Notes under the pieces: generated by a model
The model's database searches: none
What the model was told of the DNA's origin: nothing
The model's input: the letters and a program-made list of their open reading frames with translations, nothing else
Program-made: the position numbers and the translations under genes
Shown here: piece after piece, positions 20,257 to 27,164 of the stretch
Numbering within the stretch: position 1 is the stretch's first letter
Layout of the letters: every line of letters starts with the position of its first letter
Source of the DNA: Bacteroidota bacterium
GTDB taxonomy: Bacteria > Bacteroidota > Bacteroidia > AKYH767-A > OLB10
NCBI GenBank assembly: GCA_040007375.1
Contig: JBDTVD010000003.1
Coordinates: 1-36,990, forward strand
Length of the DNA: 36,990 nucleotides
Direction of reading: 5' to 3'

Positions 20257-21223
20257 TCTAAAATCCCTGCAACAGCTCATTGATGAAAAGCTGAAGCTGA
20301 TTGAATTCCCGGAGCATCCATCAAGTTTATATGAACCGGTAAAATATATGTTAAGTATTGGTGGGAAGCGGATACGTCCGCTTCTCGTATTAATGGCCTG
20401 TGATCTTTTTAATGGTGATATTAATAAGGCTATAAATCCTGCATTGGCGATAGAAGTATTTCATAACTTCACTTTACTGCATGATGATATAATGGACAAA
20501 GCACCTGTTCGCAGAAATAAGGTTACGGTGCATGAAAAGTGGAATCCAAATATTGCAATACTTTCCGGTGATGCGATGTTTGTGAAAGCTATTCAGTTGT
20601 TATTGCAAACGGATGAATCAAAGATTAGATCAATAACAGATGTTTTTACTGCAACTGCATTAGAGGTGTGCGAAGGACAACAGCTTGACATGGATTTTGA
20701 AAACCGGCAGGATGTTTCTCTTGATGATTACCTGCATATGATCAGACTGAAAACGGCTGTTTTATTAGGATGCTCATTAAACATAGGAGCGATAGTTGCC
20801 GGAGCCTCAAAAGAAGATTGTGATCATATATATAGTGCGGGATGTAATTTAGGGCTGGCATTTCAACTGCAGGATGATCTATTGGATCTTTATGGCGATG
20901 AACAGCAGTTTGGAAAAATTCCCGGTGGTGATATTATTGCAAATAAAAAAACATTTCTGCTTTTGAAAGCACTGGAACTGGCTGATGAAAGTCAGAAGAA
21001 TGAAATAGTATATATAATGAGTAACCCTTCTCTTCAGCCGGTTGAAAAAGTAAGCCGGATGAAATCGATTTTTGATGAATTACATATAGCTGATCATACT
21101 TTAGAAAAGATGGAAGTATATTATCAGTTGGCTATGCAGATGATAAGTACGTTGCATGTTCCTGATGAAAGGAAAAGTTCACTTACAGGACTTGCAGAAA
21201 GTCTCCGGGTACGAGTAGCATAA
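20249..21223 (+). CDS. Polyprenyl diphosphate synthase (FPP/GGPP synthase family)
   Basis: GGKRIRP, FARM motif HDDIMD..RR, KT motif, and SARM motif FQLQDDLLD. Confidence 0.93.
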   Translation: MSDLKSLQQLIDEKLKLIEFPEHPSSLYEPVKYMLSIGGKRIRPLLVLMACDLFNGDINKAINPALAIEVFHNFTLLHDDIMDKAPVRRNKVTVHEKWNPNIAILSGDAMFVKAIQLLLQTDESKIRSITDVFTATALEVCEGQQLDMDFENRQDVSLDDYLHMIRLKTAVLLGCSLNIGAIVAGASKEDCDHIYSAGCNLGLAFQLQDDLLDLYGDEQQFGKIPGGDIIANKKTFLLLKALELADESQKNEIVYIMSNPSLQPVEKVSRMKSIFDELHIADHTLEKMEVYYQLAMQMISTLHVPDERKSSLTGLAESLRVRVA

Positions 21224-21224
21224 T

Positions 21225-21300
21225 AATTCTAAATTAGAAATTCTAAATTACAGGTAGTACTATTTCATTTATAATTTATAATTTATAATTTCTAATTTCT
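21225..21300. repeat. Two inverted heptamer tracts (AATTCTA/AATTAGA and AATTTAT/AATTTCT) between convergent genes, possible bidirectional terminator
   Basis: 21231-21250 is the reverse complement of 21279-21298 at 19/20 positions, with the palindrome TAGTACTA at 21255-21262. Confidence 0.8.
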
Positions 21301-21301
21301 T

Positions 21302-21814
21302 TTAGTGCTCAACTCCGCCTTGTCCATGAACATGTCCATGTGCAAGTTCTTCGATAGTTGCTGGTCTTACTCCAACAACTGATCCTGTAAAGTGAAGATC
21401 CATTCCTGCAAGTGGGTGATTGAAATCCATAGTTACTTCTTTATCATCAAAGCCCAGAACTTTTCCACGCAGCATATTACCTTCGTTATCCGACATTGGT
21501 AAAATGTTTCCGGTTTTTAAAACTTCAAAATCAATAACATTATCAACTTTAAAAATTTCAATTGGCAATTTGATTACTGCCGTTGCATCAGCAGAACCAT
21601 ACGCTTCTTCAGGTTGAATGCTGAAAGAAAATGTGTCGCCATTGGAAAGACCATTTAAATTGGTTTCAAATCCTGGTATCATCATACCTGATCCGAAAAT
21701 AAAAACAAGCGGATTGCTTTCATCAACGCTTTCTATTTCTTCAACCGGACTTCCGGCTATTCCCGCTTTCAGATTATAAGTAACTGATACGACGGAGTTT
21801 TGTTCGATTTTCAT
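21302..21814 (-). CDS. slyD: FKBP-type peptidyl-prolyl isomerase, SlyD family
   Basis: PEEAYG, DFNHPLAG, VRPATIEEL and His-rich tail HGHVHG. Confidence 0.9.
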   Translation of the reverse strand: MKIEQNSVVSVTYNLKAGIAGSPVEEIESVDESNPLVFIFGSGMMIPGFETNLNGLSNGDTFSFSIQPEEAYGSADATAVIKLPIEIFKVDNVIDFEVLKTGNILPMSDNEGNMLRGKVLGFDDKEVTMDFNHPLAGMDLHFTGSVVGVRPATIEELAHGHVHGQGGVEH

Positions 21815-21927
21815 TGCTGAGTAAAATTGATTTTTGAAGGCCGAAAGATACGTGTTTATTCAAAATAAAAAAGAGCATCTATATGAAGTGATAACAGAAA
21901 ATTAATCTCTGTAAGCATCATTTTAAA

Positions 21928-23235
21928 TTAAGTTTTTCCAAGAGCTGCTGCATAAACCTTCAGGCATCTTTCCCTTGCAAACTTATGATCAATAATTGGT
22001 GGAGGATAGGAGAAATCCTGAAACTCAGGCACCCATTTTTTTATATATATAAATTGCGGATCAAATTTTTTTGTTTGTTCATAAGGATTAAATATTCTGA
22101 AATACGGAGCAGCGTCACAGCCCGTTCCTGCGGCCCATTGCCATCCACCATTATTACTTGCCAGTTCGAAGTCGATAAGTTTATGTGCAAAATAAGCTTC
22201 TCCCCAGCGCCAGTCAATCAATAAATGTTTGGTAAGAAAACTTGCAACTATCATTCGCACTCTGTTATGCATAAATCCTGTTTCATTCAACTCACGCATT
22301 CCTGCATCAACAATTGGATATCCAGTTTGTCCGTTACACCATGCATCAAATTCGCTTTCATCATTCCTCCAGGGTATAGCATTATATGCGGGTTTAAATG
22401 CTCTGGAAACAACATGAGGAAAATGCCAGAGAATCATCTGGTAAAATTCTCTCCAGCATAATTCATTCAGCCATGTTGCATTTAATTTGTTTGCAAGTGT
22501 TGCCATTTTCCGGATGCTAACTGTACCAAAGCGAAGATGCACACTTAAATGTGTTGTGCCTTTTAGAGAGGGAAAATCACGCTGTTCTTTATAATGCTTG
22601 ATGATCTCCTGATCCGGAATGTTTGAAGGAAAAGCTGCATCGTTTTCTATAAATCCAATTTCTGATATGGAAGGAATTGTATTCGATACATCTTTAAAGA
22701 AATTGGAAAAAAACTTTTCAGTTGGATACGACTTCAAATAAAAGTCATTCAGCTTTGAAAGCCATTTTCTGGAATAAGGTGTATATATAGAATAAGGTTT
22801 TCCATCATCTTTTGTGATTTCATTTTTTTCAAATAGTACCTGGTCTTTATAAGTATGAAAATTTATATTTTTCTTTTGAAGAAGTGCTTTTACATTTTCA
22901 TCTCTTGCAATTGCATCAGGCTCATAATCGTGATTGGTAAATACAGATGTAATATTTTTCTCACTTATTAATTCCTTCCACACAGTTGAAGAAGTCCCGT
23001 GTTTAACCAGGAGTGTTGTTCCATATTTTTTTAATTCATTATTTATTATTTTCAACTGCTGCCAGATGAACGTTACCCGTTTATCATCTTTATCTTCCAG
23101 CTTATTAAGTATATCAGTATCGAAAATAAACAAACATAGAACAGGATGTTTACCTTTTAAGGCATGATATAATCCAGCATTATCATCCAGCCGTAAATCA
23201 CGACGGAACCAGAATACTGATAATGGAATATTCAT
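21928..23235 (-). CDS. phrB: Deoxyribodipyrimidine photolyase
   Basis: WFRRDLRLDDN, WREFY, TGYPIVDAGMR, MHNRVRM and NNGGWQW. Confidence 0.93.
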   Translation of the reverse strand: MNIPLSVFWFRRDLRLDDNAGLYHALKGKHPVLCLFIFDTDILNKLEDKDDKRVTFIWQQLKIINNELKKYGTTLLVKHGTSSTVWKELISEKNITSVFTNHDYEPDAIARDENVKALLQKKNINFHTYKDQVLFEKNEITKDDGKPYSIYTPYSRKWLSKLNDFYLKSYPTEKFFSNFFKDVSNTIPSISEIGFIENDAAFPSNIPDQEIIKHYKEQRDFPSLKGTTHLSVHLRFGTVSIRKMATLANKLNATWLNELCWREFYQMILWHFPHVVSRAFKPAYNAIPWRNDESEFDAWCNGQTGYPIVDAGMRELNETGFMHNRVRMIVASFLTKHLLIDWRWGEAYFAHKLIDFELASNNGGWQWAAGTGCDAAPYFRIFNPYEQTKKFDPQFIYIKKWVPEFQDFSYPPPIIDHKFARERCLKVYAAALGKT

Positions 23236-24137
23236 TTTTTTAATAAATTACTAAAAGCTGATGACAGATCTTTATATAAAAAATCAAAACCTTCAGATTG
23301 TATTTTTTCTGAACTCACTCTGCTTCCTTCCAGAACTATAACAGATTTTTCACCCAGAAATAGTTTTAATAAAAATGCAGGAAAAGGAATTTTTACAGAA
23401 GGCCATTTAATAACTTTCTGCAGAGTATTCATAAAATCATAAAATGTAACAGGTGCCGGAGCAACAGCATTATACAAACCGTGTACTTTATCATTTTCTA
23501 TTGAAAATTTTAATAGTTCACTTAAATCATCAATGTGAATCCAGCTTTGATAATGTTTACCATTTCCGAAAATAGGTGCAACACCAAACCGTAGCGGAAG
23601 AAATAGCTGTGGAAATGCGCCTCCTTTTTCTGATAATACAATTCCAAATCTGCAGATAACAGTTCTGCATGAAAAATGACTGTTTGCTTCCTCCCATTTT
23701 TTTACAACGCTTCCCAGGAAATCATCTGCTAAAGTTATGCTATCTTCTTTCTGCCACGCTGCACCTTCATCTTTATATATACCAATTGCAGATGCGCAAA
23801 TCACAGCCTTAACATTGTTCGGTATTTCATTTAATTTTTTTTGTAATAAAGAAGTTGATTCTATCCTGCTGTCGATAATTTTTTTCTTGTATGAATCCGT
23901 CCATCTGTGATCAGCCAGATTTTCACCGGCAAGATGAATGATATAGTCAGCATTTGCAATGGCTTCCGGATCTATAGTTCCGGATTTTGGATTCCATATA
24001 TATTGATGAACATCAGGAATATTTTTTTTACTTCTTCCAACCCAGGAAACAGCATAGTGTTTACTTAAAAGATGAGTGAGATGTCTGCCAATCATTCCGC
24101 TTCCTCCGGTGATAAGAATATTTATTTTTTTAGTCAT
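23232..24137 (-). CDS. TIGR01777/YfcH-like NAD(P)-dependent epimerase family oxidoreductase
   Basis: ITGGSGMIG, HLAGE..W, SAIGIY, WIHIDD and YNAVAP. Confidence 0.9.
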   Translation of the reverse strand: MTKKINILITGGSGMIGRHLTHLLSKHYAVSWVGRSKKNIPDVHQYIWNPKSGTIDPEAIANADYIIHLAGENLADHRWTDSYKKKIIDSRIESTSLLQKKLNEIPNNVKAVICASAIGIYKDEGAAWQKEDSITLADDFLGSVVKKWEEANSHFSCRTVICRFGIVLSEKGGAFPQLFLPLRFGVAPIFGNGKHYQSWIHIDDLSELLKFSIENDKVHGLYNAVAPAPVTFYDFMNTLQKVIKWPSVKIPFPAFLLKLFLGEKSVIVLEGSRVSSEKIQSEGFDFLYKDLSSAFSNLLKK

Positions 24138-24166
24138 CAATAAAAATTAATAATTGAAGTTAACTT

Positions 24167-24240
24167 CGATATTCGTTATTCTTTGCTTTTCATTCTTCGT
24201 ATTCATTTTTCATGAAGGAGAAGAACGATATTTGTTATTC
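24167..24240 (-). repeat. 15-bp direct repeat built from heptamers (GAATAAC RAATATC G on the minus strand)
   Basis: cgatattcgttattc at 24167-24181 versus cgatatttgttattc at 24226-24240 (14/15). The second abuts the 24241 stop. Confidence 0.65.
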
Positions 24241-25224
24241 CTAGTTCTCCGGTATTTCAGGATCAGCGTTTATAAAATCAGCAGGATCAAAATCCAAAAT
24301 GGGAGCGACGTTTGTTCTTTTTCCAAACTTATACCTAATCATCACTCTAACAAATGCAGAGGAACTTATATCATATTTCTCTTCACCAAGCTGTACCCAT
24401 GATCGACCTGAAATTCCAATATCCGGTTCTACAGAAAGTTGATAAGATATTTTTAATTTCATCTTAAAGGCCAACTGAAATTCTTTATGACGGAACTTTA
24501 CATCTTCAAGAACAAGACTGTCATTAACAGGAAGATTTACAGTATACATTCCTCCAAAAGGCCGTAGTGAAACTCCTGCAGCAAAACGGCGGCTGAAAAA
24601 ATGTGTGTACTGAACATAAGCAGGAAACATAAATGTGATAAGATCTTCTTTCAATGGTCTCCAACTGATTCCTGCAAGAGGAAGAATTTTGTTGCTTCCA
24701 AAAACGGATGTATATACTGCTCCCAGTGTATATGAAAACTGATCATTGCTTCTATGTCTCCAGAATAAACTTCCATTTACATAGGTTCCTTTGAAATTGA
24801 AAAAAGATGCGTAATCATGTGCATTTATTCCCTGTACATTCAGCATATATAAATTACGAAGTCCTTTGGAATATATAAAGCTTCCTCCAAGCCGTAATCG
24901 TAATAATTGTAAGCTGTCAGGAATAAAATCACCTGCAGGTTGTAAATAAGATACTGCACCTTGCAACGTAACTCCCACCAAAGGTGTATTTCCTGTTGAT
25001 GTTAACCAGTCTTTCCCACGATATAACGGAATATTAAATGATCCTTCTCCACGATAATAGCCAAACTTATTTTCAAAGGTATCTACCTGGCTGGCTATTC
25101 TGTCTTCAGTATTTATTTTAATCCACGATGATAACAATGGATGTGGTCCGGGCCATACCTGCGACTGCGATTGAATCGTAATTAAAACAAGGAAAGCAGA
25201 AAGAATTAAGCTATTTTTGATCAT
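24241..25224 (-). CDS. Hypothetical outer-membrane beta-barrel protein (DUF6268-like)
   Basis: Signal peptide, amphipathic strands, and LGAVY...LPLAGISW pattern. Confidence 0.65.
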   Translation of the reverse strand: MIKNSLILSAFLVLITIQSQSQVWPGPHPLLSSWIKINTEDRIASQVDTFENKFGYYRGEGSFNIPLYRGKDWLTSTGNTPLVGVTLQGAVSYLQPAGDFIPDSLQLLRLRLGGSFIYSKGLRNLYMLNVQGINAHDYASFFNFKGTYVNGSLFWRHRSNDQFSYTLGAVYTSVFGSNKILPLAGISWRPLKEDLITFMFPAYVQYTHFFSRRFAAGVSLRPFGGMYTVNLPVNDSLVLEDVKFRHKEFQLAFKMKLKISYQLSVEPDIGISGRSWVQLGEEKYDISSSAFVRVMIRYKFGKRTNVAPILDFDPADFINADPEIPEN

Positions 25225-25263
25225 CAGTAATTAACGGTAAAAGTAACTGATTGTTTTTTTACA

Positions 25264-25608
25264 ATGCTTCCTGAAAAAAAAGAAAATAGCGAACTGTCAA
25301 CACATCGTTTTAATAAGGAAATTATTGAAGCGGTAATTGCTCAATTGGAAAAGGATGTAATGATGTGTGGAGGTGATCTTAAGATTACTGAAGCATCATA
25401 CACTGATCTGGAATTATTAAAGGAAGAAGTTCAGAAGTATCTTTCATCTGTATCAGATAAAAATCCCACTTTGTTATTTAACCTGTTATACCGGATTGAT
25501 ATTCCACAAAAGATGCTGGATCAAAAAAACGGAAGCTTAGGAACGCTGGTATTGAAAAGAGAATTGACGAAAGTGCTGATCAGGATTTCTTATAAGAAAA
25601 GTGATTAA
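25264..25608 (+). CDS. Conserved-looking hypothetical protein
   Basis: 114 aa with QLEKD...LFNLLYRIDIP...LKREL.KV pattern, which resembles a small Bacteroidota family. Confidence 0.75.
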   Translation: MLPEKKENSELSTHRFNKEIIEAVIAQLEKDVMMCGGDLKITEASYTDLELLKEEVQKYLSSVSDKNPTLLFNLLYRIDIPQKMLDQKNGSLGTLVLKRELTKVLIRISYKKSD

Positions 25609-25635
25609 ATGATTAGGTGATTAAGTAATTAGGTG
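25601..25635 (+). repeat. Octamer tandem tract GTGATTAA/ATGATTAG/GTGATTAA/GTAATTAG
   Basis: Four 8-bp units, the first containing the stop codon of the 25264 ORF. Confidence 0.8.
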
Positions 25636-25650
25636 TATTGTCAGAAATGA

Positions 25651-25704
25651 CTACTCTTTTAATTCAAAATTCTATCACAAATAAATTTATAACTCGTTCA
25701 TCAT
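25651..25704 (-). pseudogene. Degenerate duplicate of the lptB 3' end
   Basis: About 43/56 identity by hand alignment to 26209-26264, with exact blocks ttaattcaaaattct (15 nt) and gttcatcat (9 nt). Ends in NFELKE* versus lptB NFELRK*. Confidence 0.8.
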
Positions 25705-25736
25705 TGAGGGAGATATTGTTGAGGCGGCCAATATAA

Positions 25737-26204
25737 TTATTGACAAATAAATCTGAAAACTGTCATTGGTCTGGGTTCATCCTCATATATATATTTATCC
25801 ACTAAATCTGAATACATATTTTCCGGAGGCTTTCGGTATTGCTCATAGATTTTAATGCTATAGAACTTTACCTCTGTTCCTGATGTACATTTGTTAAGAA
25901 CCTGAATATAAGAGTCAGGTAATTTACTTCCGGTTACATGAAGTATTGTGTCGACACTATTTGAAGCATCATGAATAGAGACCTCATAGGACACAATCCT
26001 TACTGTATCTTTTCTTAAATTTTTACCAGAACGATATTTGACGGATAACTCCTTAACCATAAAGACAGGGAAGTCTGGGTGACTATGAGGATTTCTTGGT
26101 AAAAATATTATATCTGGAAGAGGGATATTATCAGTTTTAGGGGACTCCTGAGCTGATGAAGCTTTAAAAAGAAATATAAATACGATTGCCAGGAATCGGT
26201 TCAT
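25737..26204 (-). CDS. Hypothetical secreted protein, possibly GldM/PorM C-terminal-domain-like
   Basis: Signal peptide. The pattern PLPD...RIVSYEVSI...VTGSKL...LNKC.SG.EVKFYSIK recalls the last GldM domain (recognition only). Confidence 0.6.
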   Translation of the reverse strand: MNRFLAIVFIFLFKASSAQESPKTDNIPLPDIIFLPRNPHSHPDFPVFMVKELSVKYRSGKNLRKDTVRIVSYEVSIHDASNSVDTILHVTGSKLPDSYIQVLNKCTSGTEVKFYSIKIYEQYRKPPENMYSDLVDKYIYEDEPRPMTVFRFICQ

Positions 26205-26208
26205 TCAA

Positions 26209-26934
26209 TTACTTTCTTAATTCAAAATTCTGTCCGAGATAAACTTTACGTACCTGTTCATCATCGGCCAGCTCCTGTGCTGTTCCTTCTTTTAAAATTT
26301 TTCCTTCAAATAAAAGATAAGCACGATCGGTTATTAATAATGTTTCATGCACGTTGTGATCGGTAATTAATATACCAATGTTTTTTTCTTTCAAACGAAA
26401 TACAATAGACTGAATATCTTCCACTGCAATTGGATCGACTCCAGCAAATGGTTCATCAAGCAAAATAAATTTAGGATTAACAGCAAGTGCGCGCGCAATT
26501 TCCGTACGTCTTCTCTCACCACCTGATAATAAATCACCACGGCTTTTACGGATGCGTTGTAATCCGAATTCACTTAATAAACTTTCCAGCGTTGTATCCT
26601 GTTCTGCTTTACTCTGTGCAGTCATTTCAAGAACTGCTTTTATATTATCCTCAACAGTAAGTTTTCTAAAAACAGATGCTTCCTGAGCAAGATAACCAAT
26701 ACCACGTTGTGCACGTTTATACATTGGAAGTGATGTGATCTCTTCATTATCCAGAAATATTCTTCCTTCATTAGGTTTGATCAATCCAACTGTCATGTAA
26801 AAAGTAGTTGTTTTACCAGCACCATTTGGTCCAAGCAATCCAACAATTTCTCCCTGCTTTACATTAATGGAAACATTGTCCACTACTGTGCGGCCTTTAT
26901 ATCTTTTAACTAAATTATCAGATCTTAATAGCAT
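26209..26934 (-). CDS. lptB: LPS export ABC transporter ATP-binding protein
   Basis: [38 protein letters not shown] and ITDHNV. Confidence 0.97.
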   Translation of the reverse strand: MLLRSDNLVKRYKGRTVVDNVSINVKQGEIVGLLGPNGAGKTTTFYMTVGLIKPNEGRIFLDNEEITSLPMYKRAQRGIGYLAQEASVFRKLTVEDNIKAVLEMTAQSKAEQDTTLESLLSEFGLQRIRKSRGDLLSGGERRRTEIARALAVNPKFILLDEPFAGVDPIAVEDIQSIVFRLKEKNIGILITDHNVHETLLITDRAYLLFEGKILKEGTAQELADDEQVRKVYLGQNFELRK

Positions 26935-26935
26935 C

Positions 26936-26970
26936 TACGAATACGAATCTGTACGAATTTACGAATGAAT
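26936..26970. repeat. TACGAA(T) tandem tract immediately upstream of lptB
   Basis: Four TACGAA cores within about 30 bp, 1 nt from the lptB start codon. Confidence 0.75.
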
Positions 26971-26990
26971 TATTTCCTGAGAGAAATTAA

Positions 26991-27054
26991 TTATTAATTA
27001 TTCATTTTTCATTATTAATTAAAATACAAGTTGCAGGGTTGCTCTGAATCCGAA
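26991..27054 (-). repeat. Direct-repeat copy of the DUF5686 gene 3' end (36 bp) plus four heptamers
   Basis: 27019-27054 matches 27165-27200 at 34/36. Heptamer tract 26991-27018 parallels 27137-27164. Offset is 146 bp. Confidence 0.93.
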
Positions 27055-27136
27055 ACAATCGAATGAATAATTAAAAATTGAATACATCTAAATTAATAAG
27101 TAAGGACGAATGGTTAATATTTAAAAACAAATTTAA

Positions 27137-27164
27137 TTCTTAATTCTTAATTATTAATTCTTCA
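27137..27164 (-). repeat. Heptamer tract (TTCTTAA)2 TTATTAA TTCTTCA abutting the stop codon
   Basis: Four 7-bp units directly adjacent to the stop at 27165. Confidence 0.85.
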
